From Patescibacteria group bacterium (GTDB lineage: Bacteria > Patescibacteriota > Patescibacteriia > UBA9570), in the NCBI GenBank assembly GCA_041665365.1, contig JBAYIY010000007.1:11103-75102 (forward strand): a stretch of 64,000 nt of DNA. The letters are read 5' to 3'. Made by a program: the position numbers and the translations under genes. Under the pieces are notes generated by a model. It was not told where the DNA came from. It was given only the letters and a program-made list of their open reading frames with translations, and did no database searches. Below are positions 55,499-64,000 of the stretch, one piece after another; the first letter of the stretch is position 1, and each line of letters begins with the position of its first letter.

Positions 55499-56785
55499 AT
55501 GAATATTAGTGTTATCGGTACCGGTTATGTTGGTTTGGTCACAGGAGCCTGTTTAGCTGAGGCTGGCCATCAAGTAACTTGTCTGGATATAAATCAGGAA
55601 AAAATCAGTGGTTTACAACGTGGTATTATTCCTATTTTTGAACCTGGTCTTGAAGCAGTTGTACAAAGCAATGTGCAATTAGAACGCTTAAAATTTACGA
55701 CTGATTTAGCTGACGCCATACCGCAAAGTGAAGTTGTCATCATTGCCGTTGGTACGCCATCTGCCCCTGACGGTACAGCTGATTTGCAGTATGTATTTGC
55801 GGCGGCTGAGGGCATTGCCAAGAAAATGCAACGTTACACAGTGATAGTCACAAAATCAACTGTGCCAGTTGGAACGGGCAAAAAAGTTGAAGCGATAATA
55901 AAACAACATTATACCGGAGATTTTGCCTATGCCTCTTGTCCGGAATTTTTGCGCGAAGGCTGCGCCGTGGATGATTTTTTCTCTCCGGATCGAGTAGTAA
56001 TTGGAGTACGTAATGATCAGGCCAGTGCTGTCATGCTCGATATGTTTAAGCCAATTCGCGGGCAGAAAGTTGTTACCACGGTGGAGTCGGCCGAATTGAT
56101 TAAATATGCTTCAAATGCTTTTTTAGCCACGAAGATTTCTTTTATCAACGAAATTGCTCAGGTGTGTGAGCGCATGGGAGCAGACATTGAGGAGGTGGCT
56201 TATGGGGTTGGGTTAGATCACCGGATTGGTCCTAAATTCTTAAAAGCCGGTATTGGTTGGGGTGGGTCATGTTTTCCAAAGGATGTGTCGGCGCTCGGAC
56301 AAATGGCTGGTGCCTCAGGCTATGATTTTAGGTTATTGCAATCGGTTATTGAAGTGAATCATAATCAACGCAAGCATTTTATTGCTCGGGTGCGTGAACA
56401 TATTGGCGAAATAGATCATAAAAAAATTGGTGTATTGGGGTTGGCTTTTAAAGACAATACCGATGATATTCGAGAGTCAGCCGCGATCGATGTGATTCAA
56501 CAGTTAGTAGCCGCCGGTGTTACCGTAACCGCCTTTGATTATCAAGCCACCGAAGCCGCCCGGCGTGTTTTACCTGATACGGTCAAGTTTGCGAGTGACC
56601 CATATGAGGTGGCTGCTCAAGCCGATGCGGTTTTGGTATTAACAGAATGGAAAGAGTTCAAAGAGCTTGATTGGGTAAAGATAAAAGATAGTATGATTCA
56701 ACCGGTGGTGTTTGATGGCCGAAATTTACTCAAACCGAAAACGATGATTGAATTGGGTTTCCATTATTATTCCATTGGTCGATGA
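55499..56785 (+). CDS. ugd: UDP-glucose 6-dehydrogenase
   Basis: VIGTGYVGLV, GGSCFPKD catalytic Cys, GLAFK.NTDD.RES. Confidence 0.9.
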   Translation: MNISVIGTGYVGLVTGACLAEAGHQVTCLDINQEKISGLQRGIIPIFEPGLEAVVQSNVQLERLKFTTDLADAIPQSEVVIIAVGTPSAPDGTADLQYVFAAAEGIAKKMQRYTVIVTKSTVPVGTGKKVEAIIKQHYTGDFAYASCPEFLREGCAVDDFFSPDRVVIGVRNDQASAVMLDMFKPIRGQKVVTTVESAELIKYASNAFLATKISFINEIAQVCERMGADIEEVAYGVGLDHRIGPKFLKAGIGWGGSCFPKDVSALGQMAGASGYDFRLLQSVIEVNHNQRKHFIARVREHIGEIDHKKIGVLGLAFKDNTDDIRESAAIDVIQQLVAAGVTVTAFDYQATEAARRVLPDTVKFASDPYEVAAQADAVLVLTEWKEFKELDWVKIKDSMIQPVVFDGRNLLKPKTMIELGFHYYSIGR

Positions 56786-57723
56786 AACTCATTGTTACGA
56801 TTCCATGTTATAACGAAGCCGAAAATATTGCGGCTGTTATTCGTGAAATCCCACACTCTATAACTGGTATCGATCAAGTTAATGTTCTTGTGATTGACGA
56901 CGGTTCGAGTGACGGAACGGCCGGAATTGCACGAGCGGCGGGAGCTGAAGTAATTGTAAATACTAAGAATTTGGGTTTAGCGAGAAGTTTTCAGCGGGCG
57001 TTATGGGAAGCAGTTAAAAGAGAGGCGGATATTGTTGTGAATACAGACGGCGATAATCATTATGATCAGTCTAAAATTGGCGATTTAATAGCACCCATTA
57101 TAGCCGGTCAAGCTGATATCGTGATTGGTTCACGCAAATTACTACAAACTAAAAATAAGTTCTTAAACAAAGTGGGCAGTTTGGTTATGACAAAATGGGC
57201 CGGTTTACCAAAATACGATGTATCGACCGGTTTTCGCGCTTATAGTAAAGATGCGGCTCTACGGTTAGGCGTTTATTCCACTCACACTTATGTTCATACT
57301 ACTTTACTCTCTGCCCAAGATCAGGGCTTAACCATGTTAGAGATACCAATTGCCGATCGCATAGTAAAACGTCCGTCACGCTTAATAAAAAGTGTCCCCC
57401 GTCATATTTGGATGGCCGGTTGGAATATAGTACGCAACATTGTCATTTTTAGACCCCTCAGATTTTTTGGCTTAATTGGACTGATTTTGACTATCATTGG
57501 CGCCGTGCCATTGCTGCGCTTTTTTTATCTATATTTAATAAATAAGGGAGATGGGCATTTACAATCAGTGGTGATTGGTACCATGTTTATTTTATTGGGC
57601 TACATTAATGTGGTGTTAGGCTTATTAGGATCATCAATTGGCTGGCATCGAAAAATCACCGAAGAAGTGTTGTACCGTTTGAAAAAAATCGAACTGGATG
57701 ACCATACTCTTCATCACTCGTAA
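56782..57723 (+). CDS. GT2 glycosyltransferase, polyprenol-phosphate sugar synthase-like with C-terminal TM segments
   Basis: VTIPCYNEAENI, DDGSSDGT, DGDNHYD. Two C-terminal TM helices. Confidence 0.75.
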   Translation: MKLIVTIPCYNEAENIAAVIREIPHSITGIDQVNVLVIDDGSSDGTAGIARAAGAEVIVNTKNLGLARSFQRALWEAVKREADIVVNTDGDNHYDQSKIGDLIAPIIAGQADIVIGSRKLLQTKNKFLNKVGSLVMTKWAGLPKYDVSTGFRAYSKDAALRLGVYSTHTYVHTTLLSAQDQGLTMLEIPIADRIVKRPSRLIKSVPRHIWMAGWNIVRNIVIFRPLRFFGLIGLILTIIGAVPLLRFFYLYLINKGDGHLQSVVIGTMFILLGYINVVLGLLGSSIGWHRKITEEVLYRLKKIELDDHTLHHS

Positions 57724-58651
57724 ATATCCACCGTCGATCGGAGGCATGCAGACTTTTAGTGCCGGTTTTGTAGCGGCTTTTAAAACTGACTGTACTTTGG
57801 TTTATAAAAAATTCTGGCGCTCCTTTTGGTTATATAAAAATCATGATGTTATTCATTTAGGTGATGGCGTGTTAGCGGGTTTGGGAGTTATCTTAAAATG
57901 GTATACAAAAAAACCTGTCACGATTACGGTGCATGGTCTAGATGTGACTTATCGCAAGTGGTTTTATCAAGCATATATTAAATACTGTCTACCAAAATTA
58001 GATGGCATTATGGCTGTTAGTCCGGCCACGAAACAAGCGGTTCAAACTATTTTTCCCAAATGTCAGGTAACAGTGATACCGAACGGTTTAAATATGGCAG
58101 ACTGGCCAAGGGGTGATGCACCAAGAAATAATCATTTATTATTTGTGGGCAGATTAGTGCCTCGAAAAGGCTGTGCCTGGTTTGTACAAAATGTGTTCCC
58201 GAAATTACCGGATAATATTATTTTAGATGTAATCGGGGACGGAGAAGAATATGAAAAATTGGTAAACATTGATCGTGTAAAATTACACGGACAGGTAAAT
58301 GATGAAACTTTAAAAAAGTTTTATAGAGAATCGGCCATGTTGCTAATGCCTAATTTGGTGGTACCGGGAAACATGGAGGGTTTTGGGATAGTGGCCATTG
58401 AAGCCGGAGTTTGTGGATTACCTGTGCTGGCTGCCAAACTGGAAGGAATGGAGTCAATTATTATTGACGGAACCACTGGTTTTTTGGTAGACTCGGGTGA
58501 CGTGGCAGCGTGGCTAGAAAAAATAAAGGCTTTACAACAAAAGCCTTTAACTAGTGTGGTGATTCAAAATGAAATAGTAAAAAGATATAATTGGGATAAT
58601 GTTAAGCAACAATATTTAAAGATATTTTATGGCCTCAATACAAATAAATGA
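57698..58651 (+). CDS. GT4-family glycosyltransferase
   Basis: MTILFITRKYPPSIGGMQTF and MEGFGIVAIEAGVCGLPVLA. Confidence 0.75.
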   Translation: MTILFITRKYPPSIGGMQTFSAGFVAAFKTDCTLVYKKFWRSFWLYKNHDVIHLGDGVLAGLGVILKWYTKKPVTITVHGLDVTYRKWFYQAYIKYCLPKLDGIMAVSPATKQAVQTIFPKCQVTVIPNGLNMADWPRGDAPRNNHLLFVGRLVPRKGCAWFVQNVFPKLPDNIILDVIGDGEEYEKLVNIDRVKLHGQVNDETLKKFYRESAMLLMPNLVVPGNMEGFGIVAIEAGVCGLPVLAAKLEGMESIIIDGTTGFLVDSGDVAAWLEKIKALQQKPLTSVVIQNEIVKRYNWDNVKQQYLKIFYGLNTNK

Positions 58652-58853
58652 TCAGTTACTGGCTGACTTACAAAAGATTGTGTCCGCTAGCCAAGAATTC
58701 AAAAGTGTTGATGAATATGTTGGTTATATTTTAGGGCAAGTAGTTGAGAAAAAATCCCGTCAAGCCAGTAGTACAGCTCCTGTGACACAATATTCAAAAG
58801 CCGATGAGGATAAAATTAGAGAGCGCTTAAAGAATTTGGGTTACCTCGACTAG
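58629..58853 (+). CDS. small hypothetical protein
   Basis: 74-aa ORF overlapping the previous stop. No family recognised. Confidence 0.35.
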   Translation: MASIQINDQLLADLQKIVSASQEFKSVDEYVGYILGQVVEKKSRQASSTAPVTQYSKADEDKIRERLKNLGYLD

Positions 58854-58867
58854 CTCGGTATAAATAT

Positions 58868-59878
58868 ATGGATATTTTTGGGGATATTGGTGGACGCACA
58901 AACGGGGTGGTGATCCATCATTGGGATACTGATGGTTTAGTATCGGCCGCTCTATTGCGCAATTACTTTCAACAACACTATCCAGAAAAAAAACTGGCTT
59001 TGTTCACGCCGATTATCACAAACTATTATTTAACGAGCGATCAATACGATTATTTGCAACAACAGGGCTATGAATTTATTATCACCTGTGATTTGAATTT
59101 CCCCAGTACGACAGTGCAAAATTTAGCGCAGCGTTGGCCGGGGCAAGTGTATTTTTTTGATCATCATCACCATCCGGCACCACATGATAATGTACATTAT
59201 TATAACGCCGAACATCCGGCGTGTGCATCGCATATCGCCGAGCGTTTACACTTACCGTACGATATTTTGCCGGTTATTGCCATGGTGGGTGATCGGGAAG
59301 ATGGCATTCAGCAAGATAAGTTATATTACCCTTATGTGCAGGCGGTGCTGGGCGAATATAATTTAACGTTTGGTCAATTACTGGAGGCCAGACGATTAAT
59401 TGATTCTAATTACATCGCCGATGATTATACGGGTATTACTGAGACGGTTCAATTATTGCAAGATGATCCGATGTCGATTTTTAGCGATCTTAGATTAAAG
59501 GATAATTTAACCAAAATTGATGAAGAGATGACTCGCCTTATAGTATTATCCGGGCAAGAATTATCTGCCGGTGTTATGTATTGGGAAATTAATACGCATT
59601 TTAATTTGTTGTCACATATTACTCGGGCTTTATCCCGCCAGTACCCTGATAAAATTATTGTCACTAGACAACTAAAAAATAATCAGCATAATTGTTATGT
59701 GCGGAGTCGCTTAAATAACTTTGACGCTCGTCCATTAATTGCTTTAGCTCATGAATTGGGCTTAAATAGCGGCGGTAAACCGGAAGTAGCTGGGATTATT
59801 ATACCACCAGAGCAATTAGATACTGTCTTTCCAAAAATACAAAGCTACCTGGTCTCAACTTATGGCCAGCCACATTAA
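58868..59878 (+). CDS. DHH-family phosphoesterase (NrnA-like)
   Basis: [12 protein letters not shown] (DxD) and FFDHHHH (DHH) motifs. Overlaps cysC by 17 nt. Confidence 0.55.
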   Translation: MDIFGDIGGRTNGVVIHHWDTDGLVSAALLRNYFQQHYPEKKLALFTPIITNYYLTSDQYDYLQQQGYEFIITCDLNFPSTTVQNLAQRWPGQVYFFDHHHHPAPHDNVHYYNAEHPACASHIAERLHLPYDILPVIAMVGDREDGIQQDKLYYPYVQAVLGEYNLTFGQLLEARRLIDSNYIADDYTGITETVQLLQDDPMSIFSDLRLKDNLTKIDEEMTRLIVLSGQELSAGVMYWEINTHFNLLSHITRALSRQYPDKIIVTRQLKNNQHNCYVRSRLNNFDARPLIALAHELGLNSGGKPEVAGIIIPPEQLDTVFPKIQSYLVSTYGQPH

Positions 59879-60419
59879 ATGGCACGGCGGTACAGTGCAG
59901 CGTTCACATGGCCGTATTATTTGGTTAACCGGATTATCTGGCTCAGGGAAATCCACATTGGCGGTTGCTCTGGAACAACATTTATTTGATCAGGGCAAAC
60001 TAGTTTATCGTTTAGACGGTGATAATATCAGACACGGTTTAAATAAAGATTTGGGTTTTAGTGCAGCTGACCGTGTAGAAAATATTCGGAGAATAGGTGA
60101 AGTGAGTAAATTATTTGTCGCTGCCGGAGTAACAGTTATTACAGCCTTTATTTCACCCTATCAGGCTGACCGTGACTTAGTAAGGCAACTAGTAAAGCCT
60201 GGAGAGTTTATTGAAGTATTTGTGAATTGCCCATTAGAAATTTGTGAACAACGTGATGTGAAGGGTTTATATGCCCAAGCCAGGGCCGGTGAAATTAAAG
60301 ATTTTACCGGTGTGAATGCACCTTATGAGGTGCCAACTCACCCTGAAGTAGTTATCAATACTGAAAAACAATCCATCGATCAAGCTCTCCAGCAACTCGT
60401 GCTATGTTTAAATATATAG
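59862..60419 (+). CDS. cysC: adenylyl-sulfate (APS) kinase
   Basis: [37 protein letters not shown] and FISPY. Confidence 0.9.
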   Translation: MASHIKWHGGTVQRSHGRIIWLTGLSGSGKSTLAVALEQHLFDQGKLVYRLDGDNIRHGLNKDLGFSAADRVENIRRIGEVSKLFVAAGVTVITAFISPYQADRDLVRQLVKPGEFIEVFVNCPLEICEQRDVKGLYAQARAGEIKDFTGVNAPYEVPTHPEVVINTEKQSIDQALQQLVLCLNI

Positions 60420-62053
60420 ACGCTATTATTATTTTAGGGTTGTTAGTTATAAGTGGTCTTTGGTTTGGCTGGCATCATGCTTATGGAGCCTATGGTGATG
60501 ACGCACCGGGTTATATATATTTAGCTCATGACATGCTCACTGGTGGAGATTTAGTTAAACAGGATCCGCTAGTTAAACAAGCCTTAGATTGGTTCGGTGC
60601 TGAACCATTGGCTCGGTTTGTGGCGCCAGCTCATTATGAAATAATTTCACCAATTGGCTGGACTGCATCTCGTTATCCGATTGGATTGAGTTTGTTGATG
60701 GCGGGAGCGGCACTAATAACAGGAAATGTTTTGGCGATGTATTGGGTAGTACCGCTTTCGGCCATGAGTGTAGTAATACTAACTTACTTAATCAGTTTGA
60801 AACTGTTCAACTTATCTGAGCCATGGAAAAGATTAGTTGGTTTAGGTAGTGCCGTAGTTGTTTTGGGTTGCGGCCTATTTGCCCAATATGCGGCGGCGCA
60901 ACCCATGCGTGAGATACCCTCGATGGTCTTTTTTATGTTAGCCTTTTACTTAATATTATTATCAAAAAAATGGTACGTTGTTTTGTTGGCCGGTCTGAGT
61001 ATGGCTCTAAGTTTAGGGATTAGGGAGACAAGTATTATATTGTTAATCCCTCTGGTTCTAACAGTATTTATGTTTAATAAAAAGAACTGGAAAGTAGTAG
61101 GAGTTTGTTTAATGGGAATAATATTAGGGTATAGTATTTTTTTAGTGCAAGCGGTTGATATTACACTGCATAAAGAAAAATTTCGTGATAAAGATGTTAC
61201 CCGAATTGCCATCACTTCAAATATTGATCATATTCAATCATTGGCTATTCATAATTTATGGAACAATCAGGGTAAATTTAAACCGGGGGTAGGTGGCCTA
61301 AAACAATATTGGGAAGTAACGCAACAGTTTAGCGCTTGGCCATTATTTATAATCTTTATTATCGTTGGGGCGGTTTATCTATGGAAGAAACAGCGGGCAG
61401 AATTTTGGGTGCTGCTTAGTTGGGTGAGTGGGATAATATTATTATTCGGCATGTGGATAAACCCATATCCGAGATATATCCTGCCGATTCTGCCGGTGTT
61501 GGGTTGGCTTAGTCTAGTTGGATTATTTTACAGTCATGAATTATTTGTTAAACTATTAAAAATACAGAAGACTATTAGTGTTTTTATTCTGGTTTTATTG
61601 GGATTATCTTTTGTTTTATCATATCAACCGATCTATGCTGCTCAACAAACACGCCTACAAACCGGTGCGCCGCTTGACCGCGAGTTAACCTATGATGATT
61701 TGATAAATATTCAAACGGCTATAACAACAGTGCAGACTGATGCTGGCACAACTGGTAAGACACCATTATTATTAATGTTGGGTGCAACCAAAGGCGGTCT
61801 ATCCGAAACGATTATGAGCCATACCACCATTAAGGTGATTCGTTTTCCGAGTAAAGATAAAGAGCAACCCCCATTAGAGCAACTCACATCCTTTATTAGT
61901 CAGTTACAAGAGACATATACGATCTATTTATGGTATGATGCCAGTGTTAGTGCACAGGAACAAAGGTTTTATAATCAATATGTGGTGCGTCCTGTAACAA
62001 CCACTACTACTTCATTTCAACCAAATATTAGTATCTATGCCATTACCGAATAA
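60404..62053 (+). CDS. polytopic GT-C-like membrane glycosyltransferase (ArnT/PMT-like, tentative)
   Basis: 549 aa. About 11 TM followed by a soluble C-terminal domain. Early acidic motif YGDDAPGY. Confidence 0.45.
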   Translation: MFKYIDAIIILGLLVISGLWFGWHHAYGAYGDDAPGYIYLAHDMLTGGDLVKQDPLVKQALDWFGAEPLARFVAPAHYEIISPIGWTASRYPIGLSLLMAGAALITGNVLAMYWVVPLSAMSVVILTYLISLKLFNLSEPWKRLVGLGSAVVVLGCGLFAQYAAAQPMREIPSMVFFMLAFYLILLSKKWYVVLLAGLSMALSLGIRETSIILLIPLVLTVFMFNKKNWKVVGVCLMGIILGYSIFLVQAVDITLHKEKFRDKDVTRIAITSNIDHIQSLAIHNLWNNQGKFKPGVGGLKQYWEVTQQFSAWPLFIIFIIVGAVYLWKKQRAEFWVLLSWVSGIILLFGMWINPYPRYILPILPVLGWLSLVGLFYSHELFVKLLKIQKTISVFILVLLGLSFVLSYQPIYAAQQTRLQTGAPLDRELTYDDLINIQTAITTVQTDAGTTGKTPLLLMLGATKGGLSETIMSHTTIKVIRFPSKDKEQPPLEQLTSFISQLQETYTIYLWYDASVSAQEQRFYNQYVVRPVTTTTTSFQPNISIYAITE

Positions 62054-62714
62054 AATTAGTGATATTAATGCTTATCAACAACCACATGATAGTATTTTTA
62101 GTCGTTTAATCTATCGCAAGATTTCAAAGGTTTTAACCTTTTACATGGTGCGTTATATTCCTGGTATTGCGGCACCGGATGTGACGATCATTTCATTTAT
62201 CTTCGGTTTGATTGGAGCCGTTGGCTTAATGTATCCTGCGTGGTGGGCGCGTATTTTAGCTTTTATCTGTATACAATTATCATTTTCTTTTGATTGTTCA
62301 GATGGGGAAGTGGCGCGTATGTTGGGACGGGGCAGTAAGTTCGGCATTTGGTTTGATAGTATATCTGACCGCACTAAAGAAATTTTATGGTTTTTTGCTA
62401 TCGCGTGGCAATACCAACATGCTTACCCCCAGGTGTGGTACTTAGCCGGTGGTGCGGCGATTGGTAATTTACTAGTGGGGTATTTACGGGAAGCCAAAAA
62501 GAGTATTTTCTTGGAACAACGCAAACCAGAAATAATATTAAAATCCGGTCTGCATATTGGTACGGTTGATGTTATCACTGTATTGCTCTCCTGGGGCGCA
62601 ATTTTTGGTCTGAGTTATTATGTATTATGGATTGTATTATTACCTACGCCCTTATTGTTGCTTAAGCAAATAGTGAGCACCTATCGGCAATCGCCGAAGC
62701 CAAACCGTCAATAA
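62037..62714 (+). CDS. CDP-alcohol phosphatidyltransferase family protein
   Basis: DCSDGEVARMLGRGSKFGIWFDSISDR matches D(x)2DG(x)2AR...G(x)3D(x)3D. Confidence 0.8.
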   Translation: MPLPNKISDINAYQQPHDSIFSRLIYRKISKVLTFYMVRYIPGIAAPDVTIISFIFGLIGAVGLMYPAWWARILAFICIQLSFSFDCSDGEVARMLGRGSKFGIWFDSISDRTKEILWFFAIAWQYQHAYPQVWYLAGGAAIGNLLVGYLREAKKSIFLEQRKPEIILKSGLHIGTVDVITVLLSWGAIFGLSYYVLWIVLLPTPLLLLKQIVSTYRQSPKPNRQ

Positions 62715-63986
62715 CGCGCCATAACACAGGAGCCCCAGGCTTGATACTGCCACACAAGTGATCAGAGTCATTGGTTTGGTGGTGGAAAAACCAATCCACC
62801 AGGGTTTACTGAACCATAAAGTTAAACCAACTAAACCACCACTGATGATAGATGGTACGACAGGTTTAAAACTCGCCCAGAGTGGTGCTTGAATGATGCG
62901 ACGGGAAATAACAAAAAATATACCCTGGGAAAATAATTCAATGATAAAACTCGCGATCGCTCCACCCAGAAAACTAAACCACGGCATCAAAATTAAATCC
63001 AAAACAACATTACCAACTACGGCTACACCTTCTTGTTTAGTTCTGAGTGGCTGATTTTCAGTCGTTGCAAAAATTTGGCTGGATGTTATGCCGATAAACC
63101 GGACAATAAAAAAAGCCCCAAATAACATCAAAGCTGGAATGGCATTCCAGAAGGCCGGTTTGTACAAAATGTGCATGATCAAATCAGCTTGAGTAATTAT
63201 TAACACACCGATAATAATACCAGCTGAACTCATATATTCAGTGGAGCGGCTAACAATTTTACGGTATTTGTCTAATTGATCAGGGTAGGCCGCGTATAAA
63301 TAAGGTGTGATCACTTGCAAGCCAATGCGATGAAACACAAGAAAAAAAACGACGATGCGCGATGAGGCACCGTAGCGGGCAATGTCACCATCGGCGATAT
63401 TGGCCCAGCCGGTAATTTGGAAAACCCGCAGCACCCATTTATCAACCTCAAAATATACTGTCATTATTAAAGCCTGCATGGCAAACCACACGCCCTCTCG
63501 AATCATGGGTTTAGCCAGAGCCCAATCTAGGGTTGGGCGTACTAAATGGAATGAGTTGAGTAAATAAATCACCATGAAAAATATGGTGGTGAGGGTATAC
63601 CAGCCGGCTATAATGTATGCGCCCAAGGTAATGTCAGTAATCAGGTATGTAATTAATACAATCCCCAAAAGTTTACTTAAACCATCGAGCACTTCAAGGT
63701 AGGTAATTTTTTCGTGGCTATGTTTACTGCGAAAAATTGACCGAATCGGCACACGATATTGAATGGCGGCTTGGTTAAGACCCAGTATCGCCATTAGCCA
63801 AAACAACACGGTTAAACCATTAAACAAAGCATATCCACCCAATATCACCACAAAGATTAACATCCAAGCTATAGTTTCTATAGTGAGGGCAGTACCATAG
63901 TGGCGTTCACTGGTGTGTTTCATTAGCACCATGCTCATACCTACCTCACTGGCGATCATCACGATACTAACAATGGAGCTGGCCAA
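62652..63986 (-). CDS. polysaccharide flippase-like (MOP/Wzx) membrane protein, possibly extending past the window
   Basis: 444 aa, 12 or more TM. Located in the glycan locus. The N-terminus lies within 14 nt of the window end. Confidence 0.5.
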   Translation of the reverse strand: MASSIVSIVMIASEVGMSMVLMKHTSERHYGTALTIETIAWMLIFVVILGGYALFNGLTVLFWLMAILGLNQAAIQYRVPIRSIFRSKHSHEKITYLEVLDGLSKLLGIVLITYLITDITLGAYIIAGWYTLTTIFFMVIYLLNSFHLVRPTLDWALAKPMIREGVWFAMQALIMTVYFEVDKWVLRVFQITGWANIADGDIARYGASSRIVVFFLVFHRIGLQVITPYLYAAYPDQLDKYRKIVSRSTEYMSSAGIIIGVLIITQADLIMHILYKPAFWNAIPALMLFGAFFIVRFIGITSSQIFATTENQPLRTKQEGVAVVGNVVLDLILMPWFSFLGGAIASFIIELFSQGIFFVISRRIIQAPLWASFKPVVPSIISGGLVGLTLWFSKPWWIGFSTTKPMTLITCVAVSSLGLLCYGALLTVWLRRLPIGAHYLLKQQ

Positions 63987-64000
63987 ATCAAACGAATCGG

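Noticed and set aside
1-64000. Alternative genetic code (UGA=Gly, as in Gracilibacteria/SR1)
   Set aside because: Conserved genes end at TGA (the manC-like gene at 31573, mltG at 32535) as well as at TAA and TAG. Long intact ORFs are obtained with code 11.

Overview
This is a low-GC bacterial chromosome segment using the standard genetic code: TAA, TAG and TGA all terminate recognisable genes, so it is not code 25. Gene content and style fit a reduced-genome Patescibacteria/CPR-like organism, but that assignment is an inference. The style includes many signal-peptide hypotheticals, giant uncharacterised genes and tight operons. The housekeeping backbone comprises typA, rpmB, sufCBDS plus sufU, proABC, uppP, a manC-like gene, mltG, a pyrH-like gene, rplJ-rplL and tRNA-Trp. 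From about 39 kb to the window end lies a cell-surface glycan locus. It contains a Wzz-like gene, an O-antigen-ligase-like gene, several GT2/GT4 genes, GtrA, UXS, Ugd, APS kinase, a GT-C-like membrane protein, a CDP-alcohol phosphatidyltransferase and a flippase. The most unusual feature is three single-gene, very high-GC islands inside this locus (about 40.64-42.24 kb, 42.92-43.87 kb and 46.04-47.20 kb). Each encodes an exported protein of diderm type: one beta-barrel-like, two lipobox lipoproteins with (D-T/S)n tracts, one of which carries MopE-type Cys motifs. Two of the islands form a tandem array, each behind the same roughly 0.5 kb low-GC, highly structured leader. Other notable points follow. 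(1) At least eight native genes have a -10 box 6-8 nt before the start codon, a leaderless layout, whereas the high-GC genes have long leaders and Shine-Dalgarno sites. (2) There are two families of palindromic intergenic elements, and some copies are read through as C-terminal protein tails. (3) An in-frame TAA sits three codons before the HExxH motif of an M48-like giant gene, in an operon with a 1451-aa ABC1/UbiB-kinase protein. (4) A 110-120 bp repeat next to tRNA-Trp precedes two secreted-protein genes. I found no CRISPR array, rRNA, transposase, integrase or reverse transcriptase.
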